This document shows positions 1-8,548 of a stretch of DNA of 64,000 bases, one piece after another (the first letter of the stretch is position 1; the number at the start of each line of letters is the position of its first letter). A model generated the notes under the pieces. It was not told the DNA's origin, did no database searches, and saw only the letters and a program-made list of their open reading frames with translations. This DNA is from Candidatus Omnitrophota bacterium. GTDB lineage: Bacteria; Omnitrophota; Gorgyraeia; Tantalellales; Tantalellaceae. The DNA is taken from positions 3,989-67,988 of the forward strand of contig JBDRBG010000116.1 in NCBI GenBank assembly GCA_043823005.1, read 5' to 3'. The position numbers were made by a program, and so were the translations under genes.

Positions 1-962
1 TTATTGGCGGTGAAACAGAGAAAATCCAGGGTAATGCTCGATCCGGAAAGAGTGGAATAATAATCGCTGAAGTAGATGAAAGTGACGGATATTTTCGCAA
101 TATTAGTACGGATTGCGGCGTTATTACAAATATAGAACGCGAACATATGGAGTTTTATTCATCCTTTGATGACCTTATCGGCGCGTATGGAGATTTTATT
201 TCCGAAATTTCCCCGGATGGGCTTTTAGTGTTTAACGGTGAAGATGAAAGACTTAAAACTCTGGTTTCAGGAATTGCAAAGAAAAAAATGAGTTTCGGGA
301 TAAACGGAGATTTTGATGTTACTTGCTGTAGGTATTCGTATAAACAGGCGATAGAATTCGATTTGATAATAAAAGGCAGTTTCAGCGGAAGGGTTTCAAG
401 TTCTCTTGCAGGAAAATATAACCTTATGAATATATTGGCGGCTTTAACCGTGTGTACAGCAGGAGGATATGATCTTTCCCGGGTAATTGAGGGGATAAAG
501 ACCTTTAAGGGGGTAAGGAGAAGATTTGACTTGATTGGTACGGAAGGCGGGGTGAAAGTAATAGAAGATTACGCGCATCATCCGACTGAGTTGAGGTGTG
601 TACTAAGAGCGGCTAAGGATTTTTCCGGGCAAGGCAGGGTTGTTGCTGTTTTTCAGCCGCATAAGTATACACGGACATTGGATCTAATGAAGGACTTTGC
701 TGAGTGTTTTTATTCGGCGGATATTCTTATGCTTACGGATATTTATTCGGCGGATGAGAAAATAGGGCAAAAGGTTAATGTTAGAGATTTGTATCGGAAT
801 ATTGATAAATCAAGATTTAAGCACACAGCTATTGTTGAAAAAGCAGATATTCCTGACAGGGTTTTAGATATCAGCGAATATGGAGATATTGTTATGGTGC
901 TTGGGGCAGGAGATATCAGAGATGTTTCAGGACGTATACTTAAAAAACTAGCAAGTCATTAG
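1..962 (+). CDS. murC: UDP-N-acetylmuramate--L-alanine ligase (5' partial, starts before window)
   Basis: Frame open from nt 3: IGG...AEVDESDG, GVRRRF, DYAHHPTE, FQPHKYTRT, GAGDI; lies upstream of murB. Confidence 0.95.
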   Translation, partial: IGGETEKIQGNARSGKSGIIIAEVDESDGYFRNISTDCGVITNIEREHMEFYSSFDDLIGAYGDFISEISPDGLLVFNGEDERLKTLVSGIAKKKMSFGINGDFDVTCCRYSYKQAIEFDLIIKGSFSGRVSSSLAGKYNLMNILAALTVCTAGGYDLSRVIEGIKTFKGVRRRFDLIGTEGGVKVIEDYAHHPTELRCVLRAAKDFSGQGRVVAVFQPHKYTRTLDLMKDFAECFYSADILMLTDIYSADEKIGQKVNVRDLYRNIDKSRFKHTAIVEKADIPDRVLDISEYGDIVMVLGAGDIRDVSGRILKKLASH

Positions 963-986
963 TCGTTTGTCGTTAGGAGGAAGAGG

Positions 987-1170
987 TGTCTTGTCCTGAA
1001 AATTAGCCGCCAAGGCACGCGCGTTACTAAGAAAAAGAATTGTTTTCTTTGTCATCCCCGAATCAGCCAAAGGCTGATATCGGGGATCCAGAAAAAAGAG
1101 ATTTTTGAAAATTTTGCGTCTTAGTGATTTAGTGGTGCAGAAAAAGTGTAAACTTTTTTAGGACGAGACA
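987..1170. mobile_element. MITE-like element, TGT...ACA type, copy 1
   Basis: Left end TGTCTTGTCCTGAAAA; right end AAAAGTGTAAACTTTTTTAGGACGAGACA (imperfect inverted repeat); internal GTCATCCCCG...CGGGGATCC palindrome. Confidence 0.6.
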
Positions 1171-1181
1171 AGGAAAAAAGA

Positions 1182-2105
1182 ATGGTAAGTGAACATATAA
1201 AAACAAAGATTAAGGGAATATGCGGCAAACACGGCGGCAATGTTCTTTTTGACCATTCGCTTTTAAAATACAGTACAATAGGAATCGGGGGCAGGGCTGA
1301 TGTTTTGTATTTTCCTTTTTCTCCGGAGGAATTGCGAGAAACAATGAGTTATTTGCGGGAGCAAAATGTTTCAACTACAGTGATGGGAAGAGGAAGCAAT
1401 ATGTTGATTCCTGACAGCGGGCTGCGTGGTGTAGTTGTCAATTTTAATGTTCCATTTTTTAGAAAAATTTCTATTGAAGGAACAAATGTCACGGCAGGCG
1501 CAGGAGTGTTTTTAGGTAAACTGATCGCGGAATGTTTTGGATATGGACTTGCCGGGATAGAAGGACTGATCGGTATTCCTGGAACTGTCGGGGGTGCCTT
1601 AAAGATCAATGCGTCGTATCAAACGGCTGTTAGCGACAGGCTGCTGCGTCTTATGATTATTAATGGAGATAATGAAATTCAATGGTTAGAAAAAAAAGAT
1701 ATTGAATTTGGCTATAGATATTCGTCTCTTGAAGAAAATGATATTATTCTTCAAGCTGTTTTTTTTCTTGATAAAGATGCGCCTGATAGAATTAGAAAAA
1801 AAATGAAGAGTTTTTTAACCGAGAAATTAAATAAACAGCCTATGGATAAAAGGACTCTTGGTTGTATCTTTAAAAATCCTGTAGATAGCAACTATACAAG
1901 CGCTCAGATGTTAGATAAATGCGGATTAAAGGGGTTTGAGATAGGAGGTGCCCGGATTTCACGAAAACACGCTAATTTTATTATAAATACCGGCAAGGCC
2001 GGGAGCGGGGATGTAGTTGATCTTATGGAGAAGATGAGGCAACAGGTTTTTGAGAAATTTTCAGTTGAACTTGAACCGGAGATTCAGATACTGGATAGTG
2101 AATAG
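1182..2105 (+). CDS. murB: UDP-N-acetylenolpyruvoylglucosamine reductase
   Basis: GRGSN, GIPGTVGGA, FGYRYS, GCIFKNP, HANFIIN, LEPE motifs. Confidence 0.95.
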   Translation: MVSEHIKTKIKGICGKHGGNVLFDHSLLKYSTIGIGGRADVLYFPFSPEELRETMSYLREQNVSTTVMGRGSNMLIPDSGLRGVVVNFNVPFFRKISIEGTNVTAGAGVFLGKLIAECFGYGLAGIEGLIGIPGTVGGALKINASYQTAVSDRLLRLMIINGDNEIQWLEKKDIEFGYRYSSLEENDIILQAVFFLDKDAPDRIRKKMKSFLTEKLNKQPMDKRTLGCIFKNPVDSNYTSAQMLDKCGLKGFEIGGARISRKHANFIINTGKAGSGDVVDLMEKMRQQVFEKFSVELEPEIQILDSE

Positions 2106-2141
2106 TGGTGTTTGGTGAATAATAGTTGGTGAATGGTTGAT

Positions 2142-2267
2142 GGCGAACAGAATGAAGGGCGGGACAGGTTTACTGTAGTAGTGTAAACCTAGGATTAAAC
2201 CCGTCCCATGTATTTTTATTTCTATTTGTCTTTGCGAGGAGGAACGAAGTGACGACGCGGCAATCTC
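2142..2267 (+). repeat. ~110-bp direct repeat (GGGAC...GTCCC hairpin plus REP-like unit), copy upstream of ddl
   Basis: Near-identical to 3278-3386. Confidence 0.85.
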
Positions 2268-2287
2268 GGGGAGAATAAGAGTTTTTT

Positions 2288-3214
2288 ATGGAAAAAAATT
2301 TGTTAAAAGATTATAAAATAGGCATACTAGCCGGGGGAAGTTCTCACGAGAGAGCAGTAAGTCTTAAAAGCGGAACTGCTGTTAAGCTTGCGCTGGAAAG
2401 AATAGGGCTTAACGTAATATTTCTTGATGTAAAAGAAGAGACTTTTTGTGCTTTGATAGATGAAAATAATATAGATGTGGCTTTTATTGCTTTACATGGG
2501 AAGTTCGGTGAGGATGGAACGGTTCAGCGGATACTTGAAGCGAAAAACATTTTGTATACAGGATCCGGGCCGGATGCGTCAGGCCTTGCAATGGATAAAC
2601 TGAGGTCTAAAAAGGTATTTGAAACCAGTGCGATTTCTATCCCCGGTTATCAAGCTTTGTCTAAGGATCAAGATATAAATTCGGTTGATATAGGTTATCC
2701 GTGCGTTGTTAAACCTGTAAACGAAGGATCAAGTATAGGCCTTTCAATTGTTCTGTCTGAAAGTGTTATGGCAGACGCTATTGATAAGGCGCGTGTTTTT
2801 GGCGGGGAGGTTATAATTGAAAAATTTATCGAAGGCCGAGAGTTGACCATAGGGGTACTTGATAATGTTCCCCTGCCTGTTGTAGAAATAATAACTGCGT
2901 GCGGCATTTATGATTTTAAAGCTAAGTATGAGTCTTGCAGTACAAGGTATGTTGTTCCGGCCGACTTGAATGAAATATCTTGTAAGTATTTGCAGGGAAT
3001 CGGACTAAAGGCCCATCGAGCGCTTGGATGCAGGGGTTTTTCCAGGGTGGATGTCAGGATGGACGCGGATGGACAAGCGTATGTTCTTGAAGTAAATACT
3101 ATTCCCGGACTTACTGAAAGAAGTTTATTTCCTATGGCGGCAAAAGCAGGCGGATTTGATTTTTCTCGGTTATGTATTAAAATGTTATATGAGGCAGTTA
3201 GTCGGGCTGAGTAG
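2288..3214 (+). CDS. ddl: D-alanine--D-alanine ligase
   Basis: GGSSHERAVSLKSG, LHGKFGEDG, EGSSIG, YDFKAKY, EVNTIPG. Confidence 0.95.
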   Translation: MEKNLLKDYKIGILAGGSSHERAVSLKSGTAVKLALERIGLNVIFLDVKEETFCALIDENNIDVAFIALHGKFGEDGTVQRILEAKNILYTGSGPDASGLAMDKLRSKKVFETSAISIPGYQALSKDQDINSVDIGYPCVVKPVNEGSSIGLSIVLSESVMADAIDKARVFGGEVIIEKFIEGRELTIGVLDNVPLPVVEIITACGIYDFKAKYESCSTRYVVPADLNEISCKYLQGIGLKAHRALGCRGFSRVDVRMDADGQAYVLEVNTIPGLTERSLFPMAAKAGGFDFSRLCIKMLYEAVSRAE

Positions 3215-3277
3215 AAGGCAATAGATGCAATTCGTTCGTCGTTGGTCGTTCGTCGTTAGTAGGAGCCCTTTGGCGAG

Positions 3278-3432
3278 GGCGAACAGAATGAAGGGCAGGA
3301 CAGGTTTACTGTAGCAGTGTAACCCTAGGCTTAAACCCGTCCCATGTATTTTTATTTCTATTCGTCATCGCGAGGAAGAACGAAGTCGAAGGGGAGTGCG
3401 GTCCGCCAGAGGCGGATCCGCCTTTGGCGGAC
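3278..3432 (+). repeat. Second copy of the ddl-flanking repeat followed by a CCGCC/GGCGG double hairpin
   Basis: Matches 2142-2250; followed by GTCCGCCAGAGGCGGATCCGCCTTTGGCGGAC. Confidence 0.85.
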
Positions 3433-3465
3433 AAACTAGGATAGAAGAAATATGAAGGAGGAAAT

Positions 3466-4248
3466 GTGGCGAAAGGCAGAAAAAAAAAGAAAAGAGTGGA
3501 AGCTGAACTTATCGAAGAAAATCCAATAGGAAGGTATATGATGATTTTATTTCTTTGTATTACTTTGATGGCAGGTATTTTTTTCGCGATGCGCCATTTT
3601 TTTCTTAATAGCACTTTTTTTGAAGTGAAAAAAGTTTTTATTAACAATGACCGATACTATCCTTTTATCAAAGAAAATGAGAAGAAACTTCAAGAACTTT
3701 ATGCGGGGCGTAATATTTTCAGTATAAATCTTAATCATGTGAAAATGCTTGCCCGGGAAGATTTTTCCGAATTGAAAAATATAGAAGTAAGTAAGGTTTT
3801 CCCGAATGGAATCAAATTTGATATGGTTACCAGGACGCCTGTTGCGATTATAAGCAGTGCTGATATTGTGATAGATTCGGAAGCAATAGTCTTGGACCGA
3901 CAGGAAAAAAGGGAAGGACTTATAGAAATAAGGGGATTAAACTTTTTTTTGAGAACACCTAAAAAAGGACAAAAGATAAAAAGCAGGGTATTGGATAAAG
4001 TTCTTTTTTTGATAGGAGTTTTGCAGCAGAATATAATAGAGGATAAAACAGTAGTTGAGTATATAGATATTTCGGAAAAGAATAATATTCTTTTCAGTCT
4101 TAATGGTGTAACTATAAAAATGGGTGAAGATGATTTTTTAAGAAAGGCCGGTGTGTTAAGAGAAATTTTAATAGATCCGGATATGGACGTGAATGATATG
4201 AATTATATTGATTTGAGATTTGAAGAGCCGGTAATATCGTTGAAATAG
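3466..4248 (+). CDS. ftsQ: Cell division protein FtsQ/DivIB
   Basis: Basic N-terminus, single TM, POTRA-like GRNIFSINL...KVFPN, C-terminal YIDLRF; located between ddl and ftsA. Confidence 0.85.
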   Translation: MAKGRKKKKRVEAELIEENPIGRYMMILFLCITLMAGIFFAMRHFFLNSTFFEVKKVFINNDRYYPFIKENEKKLQELYAGRNIFSINLNHVKMLAREDFSELKNIEVSKVFPNGIKFDMVTRTPVAIISSADIVIDSEAIVLDRQEKREGLIEIRGLNFFLRTPKKGQKIKSRVLDKVLFLIGVLQQNIIEDKTVVEYIDISEKNNILFSLNGVTIKMGEDDFLRKAGVLREILIDPDMDVNDMNYIDLRFEEPVISLK

Positions 4249-4453
4249 GATAAAAACAGCTTATTTGGAATAATTTTACAAAAATTAAGTGTTTTGCAAA
4301 ATACAATTTTCACGTCTTTGCGAGGAGCGGAGCGACGCGGCAATCTCAATAAACATAATGTTTTTATTGAAATTGGTTCATTAGTCGCGAGGCTGAATCA
4401 GAGACAAATAAGCTGTTCTGCAGGGGCCATACAAAAATTGTAAAAGGAGGAAA

Positions 4454-5506
4454 ATGGGACGATATTTTGCGGTGCTGGATGCCGGGTGCCAGGGAATAAA
4501 TGCTGTTGCCGCGCAGTGGGGAAAAGATTCGGATTATACGATTGAAGGGTTTTGCCGCGGAGCTTCAAAAGGGTTTAGAAAAGGAAGAGCAATAGATGTT
4601 TCCATGGCAGTTGACAGCATATCAGGGGTTCTTGATATACTGAAAGGGAAAACCGGAAAAAGGATCCAGGATATTTATATGGGAGTAACTTCTGTTTCAA
4701 TAGAAGTTACTCCTTCTTCAGGGATACTTGTTCTTTCAAAATATGGACGGGAAGTTACGTTAAAAGATATCGCGAGATGCAAAAGAATAGCTTCTACGAT
4801 AAAACTTCCGATTAACAGAGAAGTGCTTCATGGCACGGTTAAGGGGTTTTATCTGGATGGGGAAGTAAATATTAAATGGCCGGTTAATTTGGAAGGCGTA
4901 AAATTAGGCGTGGATATGAATGTGATTACTGTTAGTTCGTCTGTTTTGAGCAATTTATCCAAATGTATTTCTCTCGCAGGATATGTTCCTGCCGGTTTTA
5001 TTTTTTCAGGGTTTGCATCCGCATGCAGAGTACTTGATTTCGAGGACAAGGAAGAAGGTACGGCTTTGATTGATATTAGCAGTGATATGACAGAGATTTT
5101 AATCTTTTCTGAAGGACTTTTGGCTGATTGCAAGGTTTTTTCTTCAGGGACGCAGGATTTTTGTCTTAAAAACGACGGTATTAACGGTAATTTAATAGAA
5201 GAATTATGTTCACGTATTACCGGATTACCGTATTGGCAAAAGGTGAATAAGATATCCCTGATAGGAGAAGGAAGCCTTAAAGATAGTTTAATCGAGACGT
5301 TAGAAGAGAGATTTAATATCCCGATTTCTACCGGTGTTTGTAAGGTAAGGCCTTCGGAAGATCTTCCCGCGGACAGGATGGGGTATATCGGAAGTCTTGG
5401 TGTTTTGGATTATTTAACAGAAGAAAGAAGGACAACTCAAACAGACCGAAGCATTATTCCTAGGGGTATTAACGCAGTGATGGGGTTTATTGATAAGTAT
5501 TTTTGA
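4454..5506 (+). CDS. ftsA: Degenerate FtsA-like protein (shortened, ATP motifs altered)
   Basis: SKGFRKG, REVLH...FYLDG...PVNLEGVKL (1C-like), C-terminal amphipathic FIDKYF, position after ftsQ; only 350 aa. Confidence 0.75.
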   Translation: MGRYFAVLDAGCQGINAVAAQWGKDSDYTIEGFCRGASKGFRKGRAIDVSMAVDSISGVLDILKGKTGKRIQDIYMGVTSVSIEVTPSSGILVLSKYGREVTLKDIARCKRIASTIKLPINREVLHGTVKGFYLDGEVNIKWPVNLEGVKLGVDMNVITVSSSVLSNLSKCISLAGYVPAGFIFSGFASACRVLDFEDKEEGTALIDISSDMTEILIFSEGLLADCKVFSSGTQDFCLKNDGINGNLIEELCSRITGLPYWQKVNKISLIGEGSLKDSLIETLEERFNIPISTGVCKVRPSEDLPADRMGYIGSLGVLDYLTEERRTTQTDRSIIPRGINAVMGFIDKYF

Positions 5507-5624
5507 TGCTTGATACTTTGTAAAAAATTAATGGGACCTACTTTCAGCCGGGGTTTATACTTTTGCGGGAAACCTGTTGTATATGCTCAGTAAATGGGTA
5601 ACATTTTTAAGATACGATTATTTT

Positions 5625-5849
5625 GTCTTTGCGAGGGAAGAGAAGTAATCTCAATAGAAATAAAAGAGATTGCCGCGCCGTTCGCATGGCTCACGGCTCG
5701 CAAAGACGGGAAAATTGTCTTTGCGAGGGAGCAAGAGCGACCGCGGCAATCTAAACAATAATATAGTTTAGTTATAATTAATATTGTTATTATTATTTAA
5801 TATTAATGTGCTCATTTCATGAGTTCGCAAAGACGTTACGACACAGTTT
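5625..5849. repeat. Cluster of REP-like units, including a degenerate REP doublet ending in ACGACACAG
   Basis: GTCTTTGCGAG...AATCT at 5625 and 5717; inverted copies ending CGCAAAGAC near 5707 and 5834. Confidence 0.75.
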
Positions 5850-6093
5850 AAATGACGACAGACTGTTTCAAGCAATAAGTTTTCCCTAAAAACTGTTACT
5901 TAATGGTTGAGCACGTACACCTGTCTCGTTTGTGTTTCTGATGCTTACAGGTGAGTTCTCTCTGACCTAAAAAGCCGCCTAAGAGCCAGTTGAAAATCAA
6001 ACTTTTCTTTATTCTTAATGCGTCAATATTCGCCTGAATATTTAAGCTGTTTTTTTTGAAAAAGTTTGCTGGATTATAATTTTAAGCATAACA

Positions 6094-6122
6094 TTGACTT
6101 TACCATTAAAGTGTGATAATTT
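6094..6122 (+). promoter_or_regulatory. Putative sigma70 promoter for the proC operon
   Basis: TTGACT-17 bp-TAATTT with TG extended -10. Confidence 0.4.
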
Positions 6123-6171
6123 TAACCAGTAACTATCTCTAAATAATAAGATTATATACAAGGTGTATTTT

Positions 6172-6972
6172 ATGCGGGATATAAGTATCGGTATTATTGG
6201 ATGCGGCAATATGGGGAGTGCTATTGCCGGCGGTATAGTGAAAAAACAAATTATTGAGTTGGATCGTGTCTTTTTATATGACAAAGAAATTAAAAAGGCA
6301 GAAATTTTGTCGCAAAAAATAAAGGCAAAAGTCGTAGAACTCTCTGATTTAGTCAAGTCTTCTGATTTTCTATTGATCGCGGTTAAACCGCAGGATTTTA
6401 GTTCTTTATTAGAAGAACTAGTACAGTATATAGATAAACAGACCATTATTTCTGTTATGGCCGGTATTTCAATGCTGGCAATAAATGATAAAATAAAAAA
6501 AGAAACAGCTATTGCAAGGGTCATGCCTAATATGGCGGCATTTGTCGGAGAAAGTATTACATGTTTGTCATTTAATGATAAAGTTAAAAACCGGCAGGAA
6601 ATAAAAGATATATTTACGGGAATAGGCCAGGTTCTGGAAGTTGATGAAACCTTGTTAGACTCTGTAACGGCATTGGCAGGAAGCGGGCCTGCGTATCTTT
6701 TTTATTTTGCAAAGGCATTGATAGAAGCAGGCGTAGCAATCGGACTTGACGTAAAAACAGCGCAAGAACTTACAATACAAACACTTTACGGAGCGTCATT
6801 GTTATTGAAGGAGACGAAATTTGCTCCGGAAGATCTTATTGAAAAAGTTGCTTCTAAAGGCGGTACTACTGAAGCCGGTCTTAAGGTTTTTGAAGCGGAA
6901 CGAATGAAAGATATTATTAAAACAGCCGTTAAACAAGCTAAAAAACGGGCTGAAGAACTTTGTTTGAGGTGA
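6172..6972 (+). CDS. proC: Pyrroline-5-carboxylate reductase
   Basis: IGCGNMG, AVKPQ, RVMPN, GSGPAY, SKGGTT; ATG 6172 chosen for its upstream AAGGTG. Confidence 0.95.
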   Translation: MRDISIGIIGCGNMGSAIAGGIVKKQIIELDRVFLYDKEIKKAEILSQKIKAKVVELSDLVKSSDFLLIAVKPQDFSSLLEELVQYIDKQTIISVMAGISMLAINDKIKKETAIARVMPNMAAFVGESITCLSFNDKVKNRQEIKDIFTGIGQVLEVDETLLDSVTALAGSGPAYLFYFAKALIEAGVAIGLDVKTAQELTIQTLYGASLLLKETKFAPEDLIEKVASKGGTTEAGLKVFEAERMKDIIKTAVKQAKKRAEELCLR

Positions 6973-6976
6973 AGAT

Positions 6977-7273
6977 ATGTTTATTGTCGGGGAATTAATA
7001 AAAAGTTTGGCGTTATTGATCTCATTGCTTTTTAATATTATATATTTTATTCTTGTGATAAGGATTATTTTATCCTGGGTTAACGCGGATCCATATAATG
7101 AAATAGTGCAGATTATTAACAGAATCAGTGATCCTGTTTTAGCTCCGTTTAGAAGATTACCTTTACAGCTTGGCGCGATAGATTTTTCGCCTGTTATTGC
7201 TTTTTTGGTGCTTAGTGTATTGAAAAATTTTATAGTTAATGTGCTTTATCAGATCGCGCAGAGACTGGGATAG
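6977..7273 (+). CDS. yggT: YggT family membrane protein
   Basis: RIILSW...DPYN...PVLAPFRR...IDFSP. Confidence 0.9.
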   Translation: MFIVGELIKSLALLISLLFNIIYFILVIRIILSWVNADPYNEIVQIINRISDPVLAPFRRLPLQLGAIDFSPVIAFLVLSVLKNFIVNVLYQIAQRLG

Positions 7274-7298
7274 AAAAAGAAGTGTCTTTTGGTGCATA

Positions 7299-7520
7299 AT
7301 GAGAATCAAAATAAGAGTTATTCCAAAATCATCGCGCCAGGAGATTGTTGAAAAAGACGGTATTTTAAAAGTATATGTTAAAGTTGCGCCGGAAAAGGGT
7401 AAAGCAAATAAAGCTGTACAAGGACTTATCGCAAAGAAATACAAGGTAAGAAAAAGCGATGTTACGATTGTTGCCGGCCGGATCGGCAGAGACAAATTAG
7501 TGGAGGTGTCAGCTAGATGA
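7299..7520 (+). CDS. DUF167/YggU family protein
   Basis: VIPKSSR, APEKGKAN motifs; typical yggT neighbour. Confidence 0.85.
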   Translation: MRIKIRVIPKSSRQEIVEKDGILKVYVKVAPEKGKANKAVQGLIAKKYKVRKSDVTIVAGRIGRDKLVEVSAR

Positions 7521-8380
7521 ACAGGATCGGGATAATCGGGGGACGCGCGCTTTATGATATAGAGGGGATCTCTTTAATCGAAAGAAAACAAATTGAGACT
7601 CCGTTTGGAAAACCGTCGGATGAGTTTGTGATAGGAAAGATAGCAGATAAAGAATGTGTTTTTGTCCCAAGACACGGATCTAAACATTCTCTTTTGCCTA
7701 ATGAAATAAATTATAGAGCTAATATATATGCGTTAAAAGTACTCGGGGTTGACCGGATCTTATCTGTTTCTGCCGTAGGCAGTTTAAAAGAAGAAATACG
7801 GCCTTTAGATGTAGTGCTTGTGGATCAATTTGTGGATAGGACAAATCAGGCAAGAAAGACTACTTTTTTTGGGGACGGAATGGTAGCGCATGTTTCATTC
7901 CGGGATCCGGTCTGTTCCAAACTAAGAGAACTTATTTACAAAAGTAACCGAAAGTTAGACTTAAAGATACATGATGGAGGAACGTACGTAAATATGGAAG
8001 GCCCGGCTTTTTCCACAAAAGCTGAATCGTATCTTTATAAAAGCTGGGGTATGGATATTATAGGCATGACTAATATGCCTGAGGCGCGGTTAGCAAGAGA
8101 AGCCGGTATATGTTATGCTACTATGGCAATGGTTACGGATTATGACTGCTGGTATTTAGGGGCGGAGGTTGAACATGTTTCTGTTGATATGGTAATGGAA
8201 AATCTTAAAAAGAATATAAAAGCGGCTAAACTTATGCTGCGTAATACAATAGCGAATATGCCGGAAAAGTGGGAATGCGGTTGTTCCGAGGCACTTAAGG
8301 ATGCTATTGTAACACGGGCTGAAGCTGTTCCGGCGGAAACAAAAGATAAATTAAGGCCGATTATTAAGGGATTTGTTTGA
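7517..8380 (+). CDS. mtnP: S-methyl-5'-thioadenosine phosphorylase
   Basis: IGIIGG, TPFGKPS, RHG, NYRANI, EGPAFSTKAES, GMT, TDYD. Confidence 0.9.
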   Translation: MNRIGIIGGRALYDIEGISLIERKQIETPFGKPSDEFVIGKIADKECVFVPRHGSKHSLLPNEINYRANIYALKVLGVDRILSVSAVGSLKEEIRPLDVVLVDQFVDRTNQARKTTFFGDGMVAHVSFRDPVCSKLRELIYKSNRKLDLKIHDGGTYVNMEGPAFSTKAESYLYKSWGMDIIGMTNMPEARLAREAGICYATMAMVTDYDCWYLGAEVEHVSVDMVMENLKKNIKAAKLMLRNTIANMPEKWECGCSEALKDAIVTRAEAVPAETKDKLRPIIKGFV

Positions 8381-8548
8381 TTAGTCGTTGGTTGTTAGTC
8401 GGGAGTCGTTCGTAGCGGCCCTCTTGCAAGGGCGAACGAAAAAGGGAAAAAGGATAAAGGAAAAAGTGAAAAGTCCAGAAAAATGGACCACAGAAACATA
8501 AAAAGAGGTGGAAGGTAGAGAGTGGCAGTGAAAGGAAAACGGAAAGAT

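Noticed and set aside
5507-6170. ftsZ pseudogene remnant
   Set aside because: No + strand ORF of 60 aa or more and no GGGTG(S/T)G-like motif noticed; region is repeats plus AT-rich DNA. A tBLASTn would be needed to exclude decayed fragments.
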